The notes beneath the pieces are model-generated. The model made no database searches and had not been told where the DNA came from. It was given only the letters and a program-made list of their open reading frames with translations. 28,537 bases of DNA from an uncultured Fibrobacterales bacterium (GTDB taxonomy: Bacteria > Fibrobacterota > Fibrobacteria > Fibrobacterales > CAWVXU01), in assembly GCA_963934255.1 (NCBI GenBank), contig CAWVXU010000029.1, positions 1 through 28,537 of the forward strand. Direction: 5' to 3'. Shown one piece after another: positions 17,457 to 27,435 of this stretch. Each line of letters begins with the position of its first letter. Positions within the stretch are counted from its first letter, which is position 1. Made by a program: the position numbers and the translations under genes.

Positions 17457-17545
17457 GGATTTATCTTAGATTAAATAATCCCTGATTTAAGTGCCTGCTT
17501 AAAACGTCACACTTTTATTGTTTTATCTAAGATTAAAGGTGTTAA

Positions 17546-18517
17546 ATGTGTGGTGATAAAAATTATAATAATTTATTTAATTTGAATTTGCTGTTATCCT
17601 TAGTAAAATATATTCTATTCAGCTTATTCTCTTTTACGCTTTATTCTTGTACATTCCAACTTCTTGACAATGAATCAGACCAACTTCGAATTGAGGTTTT
17701 AGATGTTGGTCAAGGTGATGCTATACTCATTTCCAAAGGAGACTTTCGTGGCCTCGTTGATGTCGGGCCACCAGGTCAAAAAATATGGAACAATTTAGAG
17801 AAACGACTTTTAGCTGATGGTTTGACTCACATTGATTGGATTATCATCACCCATCACCATCTTGATCATTTTGGGGCTTTGCTAGAATATTTTTCTCCTG
17901 ACAGTCTGTTAGTGTTTGCTAAGGGAGATACTTTGAAATCTTATCAAGGAAAATTGAGTATCGGACGTATTTATACCAATCTAGATTTGTACCCTTCTTG
18001 GGGATGGAGTAAGCTTTTAGAAGTATTAAAAAAAAGATCCGCTCATCAAGCTATTGACCTGGATACTTTGTGGTCAGGCCGTCGACCTGAATTCCCTGAA
18101 GGAATAAATTCACGTATCCTTTGGCCATTACCTCAACAAAAAAATGTCGGAAACAAATCATCTCTAGTTTTAGAAATTGAGTTTGAAGGTTCTAGAGTTT
18201 TACTCACAGGAGACTTGGAAGAAGCTGAAGAGTTTACTTTGATAGGGAATGGGTCGCTTCGAACTGTAGATCTATTAAAGGTGGGGCATCATGGCTCAAA
18301 GACATCAACTAGTTTAGAATTCTTGGATAAATTAAAACCTCATCATAAGGCAATCTCTTATGGATGTAATAATTCATATGGACACCCTCATATCTCGACT
18401 ATAGCACATTTGAGGTTAACGTCTTGGATACCTAGTTTGGAGATTAGGGAAACATGTCTGCACGGGGATTTGAAATATATTGTTAATGAGAATGGTGTGT
18501 TTTATGATGGTGAGTAA
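17546..18517 (+). CDS. ComEC/Rec2-type metallo-beta-lactamase-fold hydrolase (stand-alone, probable lipoprotein)
   Basis: LDVGQGDAILI, THHHLDH, N-SSLV, LLTGD, LKVGHHGS-TS and N-YGHP motifs; possible lipobox TLYSC. No ComEC membrane domain. Start uncertain. Confidence 0.85.
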   Translation: MCGDKNYNNLFNLNLLLSLVKYILFSLFSFTLYSCTFQLLDNESDQLRIEVLDVGQGDAILISKGDFRGLVDVGPPGQKIWNNLEKRLLADGLTHIDWIIITHHHLDHFGALLEYFSPDSLLVFAKGDTLKSYQGKLSIGRIYTNLDLYPSWGWSKLLEVLKKRSAHQAIDLDTLWSGRRPEFPEGINSRILWPLPQQKNVGNKSSLVLEIEFEGSRVLLTGDLEEAEEFTLIGNGSLRTVDLLKVGHHGSKTSTSLEFLDKLKPHHKAISYGCNNSYGHPHISTIAHLRLTSWIPSLEIRETCLHGDLKYIVNENGVFYDGE

Positions 18518-18552
18518 AATACAGAAAACTTAACCTTTAAGAACTCCAAATC

Positions 18553-18595
18553 ATACAAAAAAAGACCTGCTCTTAGAGTAGGTCTTTTTTTGTAT
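18553..18595. terminator. Bidirectional Rho-independent terminator
   Basis: ATACAAAAAAAGACCTGCTC-TTA-GAGTAGGTCTTTTTTTGTAT, between convergent genes, with A7/T7 flanks. Confidence 0.92.
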
Positions 18596-18626
18596 AATAG
18601 AACTCAATGAAGAAACCTCAACTAAA

Positions 18627-19796
18627 CTAGTTTCCTTGAGGAGGAGGCCAGCGTTTGTTTTGCGAAGACATATCAATTGAATAAAGGTCCTTCTCATAAC
18701 GTGGATCATCTTCACCCAGAATATCATTTAGCAAATAATCCGCAACCCACTTACCTACTTTGAGAACAACAAGTTTACGTCTAAGACGACCTTGTTCATC
18801 ACGATTGAGGATCGTCGGAATAGAATTAGATGTAAGAATCTCATGGATGTGTGGCGTGTTCAAATTTTCGCGAGCTTCAGAGCTTGTGTAGAAATGAGTC
18901 ACACCAAAGCATACCTTACCTGTCTCACAATTAGCTAGCATTTCACAACACTGGACAATTGTAGTACCGGTACGAACCATGTCATCAAGAACAATAATAT
19001 CTTTACCTTTGATCTCTTCCAGTGTCGTCGGAGAACTCGGATCAACTGTCATTGATACGTTTCTCTCACCTGATCGCTCTTTAGCAAGAGTAATCATTTT
19101 ACATTCAGGAAGATTCAGCGCTTCATGTACCATTTTAACAAATGGCACTGCACCTTTATCTGGAGCACAAAGAACAAGGTTATCACCATCTTTACCACAT
19201 TGAAGCATATCAGAGCGCTTGATGTAGTCAGAATAAACTTCAGCTGGAATCAAGTTGTGGAACTGATCGTCACCGAATGTTGCTCTAAATAAATCTTGAA
19301 CTTTATATGAGTGGTTGTGAATAGTCACTACTGTATCTACACCTGATTGCTTAAGCAATTCAGCATATAGTTTAGCAGTAAATGGTTGTCCATTAAACTT
19401 CTTTAAATCTTTATCATCCCGATCGGCTTCATCGGCACCATAACGTTTCGGTCCTCGGTCTTGAGCAGAATAATAAAGATCTGGTTCAAATAGAATTACC
19501 CGTTCGGCACCATTGTCTTTTGCGGCTCGTGATAAAATCATATTGCGCATCGCAAGCGAGTTACGTTCGATAAGATTTGAAGTCGTAGAGACGATGACTA
19601 CCGTGGTGTCTTTGAGGACTTCACCAATAGTTTCGGTATCTGGATTCTGACCAATAAATCTTGGACAGAATTCAGAGTTAGAGTAAAGCTTGAGTGAAAC
19701 TAAATCAGACACGTCTATGGCAAGTCCCATAAGACGCGCTAGATCAATAGCTACAGAGCTATCTGATGTGTTTCCTACAACGATATACTTTGACAT
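18627..19796 (-). CDS. prs: Divergent ribose-phosphate pyrophosphokinase (PRPP synthetase) family protein
   Basis: AAK-NGA-RV, QDR, P-TAKL-A-LL---G-D-V-T, APDKGA, KER, GKD-IVLDDMVRTGTT, TH and TSNSIP; several canonical motif residues are altered. Confidence 0.8.
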   Translation of the reverse strand: MSKYIVVGNTSDSSVAIDLARLMGLAIDVSDLVSLKLYSNSEFCPRFIGQNPDTETIGEVLKDTTVVIVSTTSNLIERNSLAMRNMILSRAAKDNGAERVILFEPDLYYSAQDRGPKRYGADEADRDDKDLKKFNGQPFTAKLYAELLKQSGVDTVVTIHNHSYKVQDLFRATFGDDQFHNLIPAEVYSDYIKRSDMLQCGKDGDNLVLCAPDKGAVPFVKMVHEALNLPECKMITLAKERSGERNVSMTVDPSSPTTLEEIKGKDIIVLDDMVRTGTTIVQCCEMLANCETGKVCFGVTHFYTSSEARENLNTPHIHEILTSNSIPTILNRDEQGRLRRKLVVLKVGKWVADYLLNDILGEDDPRYEKDLYSIDMSSQNKRWPPPQGN

Positions 19797-19805
19797 TTAA
19801 TTTCC

Positions 19806-22256
19806 TTATTTGTCTAGTTTAATCGAAACGCGACCAGCGCCCCATACTTCTTTATTGTACTGATCAATCGTGCGATCTGTTGAGAATTTACCCATACGTG
19901 CGACATTGAGGATCGCCATTTCAGTCCACTTGGCCTGATCACGATATGTTTTATCTACTTCAGCCTGAGCTGCAAGATAAGACTCAAAGTCTGCAAAAAC
20001 TAGATACGGATCATGTTGAATAAGATTCTCTAGAATAGGAGTCATCACATCTGGCTCATCTGGGTTAAAGAAGCCCGTTGCTAAGAAATCAATGATTCTT
20101 TTAAGATCGGGAACGGTCTGTAGATATTCCCACGGACGATAGCCCTCTTCAAGAATCTCTTGAACTTCTTCAACTTTTTTACCAAAGATAAAGATATTCT
20201 CATCACCTACTTCTTCTGCAATTTCAACATTAGCACCATCAAGAGTACCAATAGTCAAAGCACCATTTAGAGAAAACTTCATATTACCCGTGCCTGAAGC
20301 TTCCTTACCTGCAGTAGACACTTGCTCAGATAAGTCAGAAGCTGGGAATACTTTTTCAGCAAGAGATACACGATAATTTTCTAAGAAAATTAGGCGTAGT
20401 TTACCTTTTGTAGCAGGGTCTGCATTGATAACAGAACCAATTGCATTACACATTTTGATAATCTGTTTGGCCATCCAATATCCAGGAGCAGCTTTACCAC
20501 CAATGATGATTGTGCGAGGAGCGAAGTCATTGCCGTCTTTAAGCTCGAGATATAAATGAACAGCATAAAGGATTGGCATTAACTGTCGTTTATACTCGTG
20601 TATTCGCTTGACTTGTACATCAAACATTGATTCAGTAGAAACTTCAACACCTTGTTGCTCAAAGATTAAATCTGCTAAAACTTGTTTGTTCGCCTTTTTA
20701 ACTTCTTGCCACTCTTTTTGGAATTTTTTGTCTGTTGCGAATTTTTCAAGTCCACGAAGTTGGTCTAGTTCAAGAATCCAACCATCGCCAATTTTCTTAG
20801 TCATTAATTCTGACTGAAGAGGGTTTGATTTACGAACCCAACGGCGTTGGGTCACACCATTTGTTTTGTTGTTGAATTTCTCAGGCCATAGCTCATAGAA
20901 ATCTTTAAACAGGTGTTTGACGAGTAGCTCCGAATGAAGTGCTGCTACACCATTAACTGAGTGTGAACCTACTATAGACAAGAAGGCCATGCGTATGTTT
21001 TTGTCACCACCTTCTTCAATGATAGACATATCGCGAAGTTTAGACTCATCCCCAGGCCATCTCATACTTACTTGACGCAAGAAACGAGTGTTAATTTCAA
21101 AGATAATTTCTAGATGTCTTGGCAGTAATCTTTCGAAAAGGCTGACTGACCATTTTTCTAGAGCTTCAGGAAGTAAAGTATGGTTTGTATATGCAAATAC
21201 TTTATTTACAATTGCCCACGCTTGATCCCAGCTCATGCCTTCGTCATCTAAGAAGATTCTCATCATCTCAGCAATTGAAACTGCTGGGTGAGTATCATTC
21301 AATTGAATAGCGATTTTCTCAGTAAAAACTGAGTAGTCGTTATGGTCCACTTTAAAGCGACGCAAGATATCATGAAGTGATGATGAACACAAAAAGAATT
21401 GTTGTTTCAAACGTAATTCTTTACCATTTACCGAAGTGTCATTTGGATAAAGTACTTTCGAAATAGACTCTGACAATTCCATGTCGCGAATCGCTTCTAA
21501 GTAATCGCCATTATTAAAATAATCAAGTCCGAATTGGTCATTTGATTTAGCTGACCAAAGACGAAGCGTGTTAACTGTATTGTTTTTATAACCAGGTATT
21601 GGAGTGTCATAAGGCATCGCAAGTACGAAGTCTTTAGTCACCCAACGACGACGTTCTTTGCCACTCGCATCATGATAAGTCTCAACATGTCCATAGAATG
21701 GAATTTTAATTGCGTATTGTGGACGTGAAATTTCCCAAGGATTTGGAAGGCGTAACCAGTTATCAGGGTTTTCCTTTTGGTAACCATTTTCAATCGTCTG
21801 ATGGAACATGCCATATTCATAACGAATACCCATTCCGTATGCAGGTATTTCAAGAGTAGCCATTGAATCTAGGAAACATGCCGCAAGACGACCAAGACCG
21901 CCATTACCAAGTCCTGCATCAATTTCAGCATCACGTAGATCTTCTAAGTCTAATCCAAGCCCTTCCAGAGCGCCACGAATTTCTTCTTCCATATCTAGGT
22001 TTAACATGGCATTACCTAGTGTACGACCCATTAGAAATTCTAGTGATAAATAATAAACACGCTTGACGTCTTTATCATAATAAGTGTTTTGAGTTGCAAC
22101 CCAACGATCAATCAATTGATCTCTAACCGTATAAGATATCGCTAAAAAGCGTTCATATACAGTTGCTGAGTCAGCTGAATAAATTGCTAAAGTTCGTGTT
22201 AAATGTCTTTCAAACTCTTCTTTAAGATAAGTTTTGGTGATTTTAGTTTGCACCAT
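19806..22256 (-). CDS. glgP: Glycogen/maltodextrin phosphorylase (GT35)
   Basis: YYLSLEFLMGR, GLGNGGLGRLAACF, QLNDTHP, YTNHT, KRIHEYKRQ and PLP motif EASGTGNMK. Start reassigned to ATG 22256 (GGGGA RBS; removes the overlap with ctpA); 816 aa. Confidence 0.97.
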   Translation of the reverse strand: MVQTKITKTYLKEEFERHLTRTLAIYSADSATVYERFLAISYTVRDQLIDRWVATQNTYYDKDVKRVYYLSLEFLMGRTLGNAMLNLDMEEEIRGALEGLGLDLEDLRDAEIDAGLGNGGLGRLAACFLDSMATLEIPAYGMGIRYEYGMFHQTIENGYQKENPDNWLRLPNPWEISRPQYAIKIPFYGHVETYHDASGKERRRWVTKDFVLAMPYDTPIPGYKNNTVNTLRLWSAKSNDQFGLDYFNNGDYLEAIRDMELSESISKVLYPNDTSVNGKELRLKQQFFLCSSSLHDILRRFKVDHNDYSVFTEKIAIQLNDTHPAVSIAEMMRIFLDDEGMSWDQAWAIVNKVFAYTNHTLLPEALEKWSVSLFERLLPRHLEIIFEINTRFLRQVSMRWPGDESKLRDMSIIEEGGDKNIRMAFLSIVGSHSVNGVAALHSELLVKHLFKDFYELWPEKFNNKTNGVTQRRWVRKSNPLQSELMTKKIGDGWILELDQLRGLEKFATDKKFQKEWQEVKKANKQVLADLIFEQQGVEVSTESMFDVQVKRIHEYKRQLMPILYAVHLYLELKDGNDFAPRTIIIGGKAAPGYWMAKQIIKMCNAIGSVINADPATKGKLRLIFLENYRVSLAEKVFPASDLSEQVSTAGKEASGTGNMKFSLNGALTIGTLDGANVEIAEEVGDENIFIFGKKVEEVQEILEEGYRPWEYLQTVPDLKRIIDFLATGFFNPDEPDVMTPILENLIQHDPYLVFADFESYLAAQAEVDKTYRDQAKWTEMAILNVARMGKFSTDRTIDQYNKEVWGAGRVSIKLDK

Positions 22257-22266
22257 TTCTTCCCCA

Positions 22267-24015
22267 CTATTTTTTCTTTGTTGTTTTAGTGACTTTACCA
22301 GGTTCTTCAGCCTTAGGTTCACCCACGGTTAATATTTTATTATATCGTTTTTCGTCTTTGAGAATATTCAACGCTTCTTGAACTTGTTTGTCAAACTGTA
22401 ACATATAAGAAGTGGAAACTTCATCACCCATAAAAGCTGATAAAAATTCTCTTTTAAGTGCTCGTTTAACATAAGTTTCGTTTTGATGAAATGCTGTTTT
22501 ACGCTGTTTCTTTAGCGCAAGCTCTAGTGCTATAATAGCCTTACCCACCTCAGTGGTGTCTTTACTTAGGCTGTCAATACCGAGTGCTTCATTTTCTTTT
22601 ATTACAACTTCGTTGAGCATATTAACAACCGTTTCAGACCCTGTTTTAGACTTAGCAAATAGAGTATCAGCTCCAATAAATGTTTCAAATGCTTCGACAA
22701 CTTTTGATGGAATTCTCCAAGCTGGTGTAACTTGTGTTTTCACTTTTTCAATTTCTGGTCTATGCTTAACTGCAAATTTAAAGAACATTGCATTTCGCTC
22801 AAGTAGTTGTTGATACCAGTTAAGTAATGTGGCTTCTTGTTCAACGTCAGGGTTAATGCCGCCTGCTCCCCATGTCTCACGACCATTTGATGTTGAGAAC
22901 CTGAGTGCAGTTGAATCAATTGAAGTTGAATCTTTAGCATCTTCTTTTATTTTGATTCCATTTTCTGGCTTGTTAATACAGCGACCATGTGGCAAGTAAT
23001 AAAATGCTGTGGTTAACTTAAGAGCATTTCCTCGGTTATCTAGAGGGTAAATAGTCTGCACAGAGCCTTTACCGAATGATGTTTTACCAATGATAACACC
23101 ACGGTCCCAATCTTGTAATGCACCTGAAACAATTTCAGAAGCAGATGCGGAGCCTCCATTAACAAGCACAGCTAGTGGGAAATCCTTTGGTAGAATAGGG
23201 TTATTTTCAGCGCGTGCCTCAGTTTGTTGATTACGGCCTTTAGTTGAAACAATTACCTTGCCTTTATCTAAAAAAAGATCACTCACTTCAATTGCTTGAT
23301 TTAGCAGTCCACCTGGATTATAACGTAAATCCAATATAAGCTTTTTCATACCTTTTGATTTGAGATCTCCAATAGCTTCTCGAACATCATCACCTGTAGT
23401 CTTGGAGAATTGAGCAATTTTAATATACCCAATACCACCTTCTACGATTCCAGAATAAGGGACTGAGTGAATAACTATTTTACCGCGCTCTATAGTGAAA
23501 TCAAGCGCTTCAGCAAAGCCTTCACGAGCAATCGAGATTGTTACTTCAGTACCAATAATGCCACGGAGTTTATCTACTGCTTCATCAACTTTAATGCCTT
23601 CAGTGCTTTCGCCATCAATTTTAACGATTTTATCACCGGCCTGTAAGCCGATTTTAAACGCAGGAGTGCCTTGAAGAGGAGTAATTACTGTAAGCCAACT
23701 ATCACGAATTGAAATTGTAATTCCAAGTCCACCAAATTCTCCATCAGTACTGACTTTGAGATCAGAGTAATCTTCTGGGGAGAACATTGCAGTATGAGGA
23801 TCTAAAACATCGTGAAGTCCGTTAACGGCTGCTTCAGTGATTTTATCTGGATCAACATCTTCTACATATTTAGTGTTGACTTCAAGAAGAACTTTATTGA
23901 TTCTTGAAATATTTTCATACCAATCACCGCTTTTGGCATCAGCAATAGGATTGACACAAGCAATCAGTAAAAACAATAATGCGATACTTGCACTTGAAGG
24001 TCGTTTTAATTTCAT
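22267..24015 (-). CDS. ctpA: Carboxyl-terminal processing protease (S41A) with PDZ domain
   Basis: Signal peptide, LDPH, FGGLGI PDZ, LDLR-NPGG, SASASEI (catalytic Ser), FGKGSVQ (catalytic Lys), GINPD. Confidence 0.93.
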   Translation of the reverse strand: MKLKRPSSASIALLFLLIACVNPIADAKSGDWYENISRINKVLLEVNTKYVEDVDPDKITEAAVNGLHDVLDPHTAMFSPEDYSDLKVSTDGEFGGLGITISIRDSWLTVITPLQGTPAFKIGLQAGDKIVKIDGESTEGIKVDEAVDKLRGIIGTEVTISIAREGFAEALDFTIERGKIVIHSVPYSGIVEGGIGYIKIAQFSKTTGDDVREAIGDLKSKGMKKLILDLRYNPGGLLNQAIEVSDLFLDKGKVIVSTKGRNQQTEARAENNPILPKDFPLAVLVNGGSASASEIVSGALQDWDRGVIIGKTSFGKGSVQTIYPLDNRGNALKLTTAFYYLPHGRCINKPENGIKIKEDAKDSTSIDSTALRFSTSNGRETWGAGGINPDVEQEATLLNWYQQLLERNAMFFKFAVKHRPEIEKVKTQVTPAWRIPSKVVEAFETFIGADTLFAKSKTGSETVVNMLNEVVIKENEALGIDSLSKDTTEVGKAIIALELALKKQRKTAFHQNETYVKRALKREFLSAFMGDEVSTSYMLQFDKQVQEALNILKDEKRYNKILTVGEPKAEEPGKVTKTTKKK

Positions 24016-24635
24016 AATAGTTCTTTCACTTGAGTCATTATTTGTTTGTGAATATTTTCAACAGTATCGACGGCTTGTAAGCATTCTACCTTATTTTGGT
24101 ACTTATTTGCAACATGTAAATAACCTTGTCTTACTTTTTCAAAAAATTCATTCTTTTCTAATTCTAATCGGTCTAAAGCTTCGCCTCGACTGTCTTGACG
24201 TTTGCGACTTTCCTCAACAGTAAGGTCCAAGATAAATGTTTTATCGGGCCAGGTGTCACCTATAGCAAGTTCAATTAAGCCTTCTATTTTGTCTATAGGT
24301 AGCCCACGTCCAAAACCTTGGTATGCCAAAGTTGACCAAGCAAATCTATCTGCTAAGACAGCCTTACCTGCTTGAATCGCTGGACGTACAATTTCACTCA
24401 TCAGTTGAGCTCGAGCGGCTGAGTAGAGTAAAACTTCGGTGATTGCATCAAGCCCCTCCGGGCGTGGCTTGAGGATCACATTGCGAATTTCTTCACCTGA
24501 TTGTGTGCCACCGGGTTCACGGATACGAACAAGTTCATACCCTTGCTTCTTTAGTTTGTCTTCAAGGAGTTGAATTTGTGTAGACTTTCCACAACCATCG
24601 ATCCCTTCAAATGCGATAAAGAGTCCTGGCTTCAC
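24012..24635 (-). CDS. tmk: Thymidylate kinase
   Basis: FIAFEGIDGCGKSTQ P-loop, REPGGT, DRF--ST-AYQG. Start reassigned to GTG 24635 (GGAG upstream, right after the secA stop). Confidence 0.96.
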   Translation of the reverse strand: MKPGLFIAFEGIDGCGKSTQIQLLEDKLKKQGYELVRIREPGGTQSGEEIRNVILKPRPEGLDAITEVLLYSAARAQLMSEIVRPAIQAGKAVLADRFAWSTLAYQGFGRGLPIDKIEGLIELAIGDTWPDKTFILDLTVEESRKRQDSRGEALDRLELEKNEFFEKVRQGYLHVANKYQNKVECLQAVDTVENIHKQIMTQVKELL

Positions 24636-24636
24636 C

Positions 24637-27435
24637 TTAAGCTCCGTGACATTTCTTGAATTTTTTACCTGATCCACACCAACAGGGGTCATTTCGTCCT
24701 ACTTTAGGTCCGCTGCTTGCTTGTTTTGGTCTGCTCTTAGCCAAGGGGTCCGAATTAGAGTATTGAACTCCGTTGCCGGCAGTGGCTGCTTGTATCTTAG
24801 GAATATTTAACTGCACTGGAGCTAGTTGAGCCACAGATGTTGTGGGTTCAGCTTCTGTTTGAACAGCAGCTAGGCGTTTTTTTTGAACTTCTTCACTTGG
24901 TGCTTCAACTCTCACATTGAGCAGGCGTTCAGTCACTACCATGGCTATTTGATCGAGACGTTGTTCAAATAGTACAAAAGCTTCTTTTTTGTAAAGCATC
25001 AAAGGATCTTTTTGAGCATAACCTGAAAATTTAATTGAATCTTTCAAATGGTCCATTGCATAGAGATGTTCTTTGTATGCTTGATCCATCGTCATCAACA
25101 TCACACGTCGCTCAAGGTTTCTGATATTCTCTGAATCAACCTTTTCTTCTAGTGTTAGATATTTTTTATTGATGGTTTCAATGGCTTGTTCTAGTATCAC
25201 ACTTGGAGTTAAAAGATTTTCTTGTTTTCTCATTTCAAAATCAACACCATAGCGACGTTTCATTTCTTGAGATAATTTATCCATTTTCCATTCTTCAGGG
25301 TATGTCCCTGGTGGAGTATAAATAGACACCACTTGATCAAGAGCTTCTTCAAAACGTTCTTGAACTTCCTCTTTAAGGTCTTGGCCATTGAGGATTGATC
25401 TACGCAGTCCATAAACAACTTTGCGCTGCTCATTCATAATTGAATCATACTCTAACAAGTGCTTGCGAGCTTCAAAATTTTGACCCTCGACTCGTTTTTG
25501 AGCATTAGCAATAGCACGATTCACAAGTCCGTGAGCAATAACTTCACCTTCTGTGGCACCCATTTTATCCATGATACCTTTGATGCGATCTCCACCGAAG
25601 ATACGCATCAAGTTATCATCAAGACTCAAGAAATATTGCGATGAACCTGCATCACCTTGACGACCGGCACGACCACGTAACTGATTGTCAATACGACGTG
25701 ATTCATGACGTTCAGTTGCTAGCACGTGCAAACCACCTACTTCAGCAACGCCTTCGCCTAATACAATATCAGTTCCCCGACCAGCCATGTTTGTTGAAAT
25801 TGTAATGCGGCCTAAATGACCAGCCATTTTAATAATTTCAGCTTCACGACCGTGATTTTTTGCGTTAAGGACTTCAAACTTAAAGCCTTCTTTTTGCATA
25901 CGATCAGCAAGGAGTTCTGACTTCTCAATTGAAATTGTTCCCACAAGAAGTGGTTGCCCTTTTTGGTGGCGTTCTTTAATTTCATACATAATCGCATCAA
26001 GTTTTTCAACTTCAGTACGATAAATTTGATCTGACATATCGTCACGAATTAACGGACGGTGTGTCGGTAATACAACGACAGGTAAGTTATATATTTGGTT
26101 AAACTCAGCAGCTTCTGTGTCAGCTGTACCAGTCATTCCCGATAGAGTGTTGTACATTTTGAAAAAGTTTTGAAATGTAATTGAAGCGAGAGTCTGAGAC
26201 TCACGACGAATCTGCACGCCTTCCTTAGCTTCTAGGGCTTGGTGAAGCCCATCAGAATAACGACGACCTTCCATTTTACGACCAGTATTTTCATCAATGA
26301 TCACTACTTCACCACGTTCAACTACATAGTCAACGTCATTTGCAAAAAGATGATTTGCACGAAGTGCTTGACTCATGTGGTGCACCCACATTGAATTTTC
26401 AGGAGAGTATAAATTGTCAATCTTTAGTAAGCGCTCTACTTCTTGAACACCTGCATCCGTTAATAATACAGAATTTGATTTCTCATCGACAGTAAAATGT
26501 TCTTCTATATTAATTTGAGGTACCACAGAGTTTGCAATTCCATAACGATCCGTGCTGTCAGCTGCCGGTCCAGAGATAATTAGCGGTGTACGAGCTTCAT
26601 CAATCAAAACTGAGTCAACTTCATCGACGATACAGAAATTTAGTTCACGCTGTACAAGTTCTTCTTTGTCAACGGCCATGTTATCACGCAAGTAATCAAA
26701 ACCAAATTCATTATTAGTTCCATAGGTTACATCTGATCCATAAGATAAACGACGAGCTGAAGTTTCCATATTGGCGACAATCAGTCCAACGCTCAGGCCT
26801 AAAAACTTATATGCCATCCCCATCATCTCAGCATCTCGAGATGCAAGGTAGTCATTGACAGTCACAACGTGAACACCTTTGCCACTCAATGCGTTAAGAT
26901 ATACCGGACATGCTGCAGCGAGAGTCTTACCTTCACCTGTGGCCATCTCACCGATTGCCCCACCATGCAAAACAAGGCCACCAATCAATTGGACGTTAAA
27001 CGATCTCATTCTGAATGGACGAACTGAATTTGGATAAAGACTTCGTACTTCTTCGTAAAAAGAGCCTGGTAACATTAACTCCCACTCAGGGGCTCCAGCT
27101 TCTAGTTGAGCGGCTGCATCTTTTGCAAGGGACTGACCTTCAGAACTAAGTTTTGAAAAATCAAATTCTAGATGTGGCTTGAAAATATTGAAGATACCTA
27201 AGCGACGATCACCTGCCTCGCGGCATACTGCGAAAGCTTCGGAACGTAGGTCGTTTAAAGATTCACCTTCTTCAAGACGCTTCTTAAATTCTTCCGTTTT
27301 GGCAACAAGGTCCTTGTCGTCAAGGATTGCATACCCTTCACCATGCTTCTCAACTTGAGAGATGATGGAATCAAATTGCTTTAAATAACGCTCATGCGCT
27401 GTACCAAAAAATTTCGAAATTATTGCATTTATCAT
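24637..27435 (-). CDS. secA: Preprotein translocase ATPase SecA
   Basis: [57 protein letters not shown] and C-terminal [23 protein letters not shown]. Confidence 0.98.
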   Translation of the reverse strand: MINAIISKFFGTAHERYLKQFDSIISQVEKHGEGYAILDDKDLVAKTEEFKKRLEEGESLNDLRSEAFAVCREAGDRRLGIFNIFKPHLEFDFSKLSSEGQSLAKDAAAQLEAGAPEWELMLPGSFYEEVRSLYPNSVRPFRMRSFNVQLIGGLVLHGGAIGEMATGEGKTLAAACPVYLNALSGKGVHVVTVNDYLASRDAEMMGMAYKFLGLSVGLIVANMETSARRLSYGSDVTYGTNNEFGFDYLRDNMAVDKEELVQRELNFCIVDEVDSVLIDEARTPLIISGPAADSTDRYGIANSVVPQINIEEHFTVDEKSNSVLLTDAGVQEVERLLKIDNLYSPENSMWVHHMSQALRANHLFANDVDYVVERGEVVIIDENTGRKMEGRRYSDGLHQALEAKEGVQIRRESQTLASITFQNFFKMYNTLSGMTGTADTEAAEFNQIYNLPVVVLPTHRPLIRDDMSDQIYRTEVEKLDAIMYEIKERHQKGQPLLVGTISIEKSELLADRMQKEGFKFEVLNAKNHGREAEIIKMAGHLGRITISTNMAGRGTDIVLGEGVAEVGGLHVLATERHESRRIDNQLRGRAGRQGDAGSSQYFLSLDDNLMRIFGGDRIKGIMDKMGATEGEVIAHGLVNRAIANAQKRVEGQNFEARKHLLEYDSIMNEQRKVVYGLRRSILNGQDLKEEVQERFEEALDQVVSIYTPPGTYPEEWKMDKLSQEMKRRYGVDFEMRKQENLLTPSVILEQAIETINKKYLTLEEKVDSENIRNLERRVMLMTMDQAYKEHLYAMDHLKDSIKFSGYAQKDPLMLYKKEAFVLFEQRLDQIAMVVTERLLNVRVEAPSEEVQKKRLAAVQTEAEPTTSVAQLAPVQLNIPKIQAATAGNGVQYSNSDPLAKSRPKQASSGPKVGRNDPCWCGSGKKFKKCHGA

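Noticed and set aside
22257..22322. 22 aa N-terminal extension of GlgP overlapping ctpA
   Set aside because: ATG 22256 has an RBS, gives a typical length and removes the overlap.
24636..24692. 19 aa N-terminal extension of Tmk overlapping secA
   Set aside because: GTG 24635 has a GGAG RBS and places the P-loop at its usual position.
27010..27195. Intein in SecA
   Set aside because: Too short, and lacks the N-terminal Cys/Ser and C-terminal His-Asn splice motifs.
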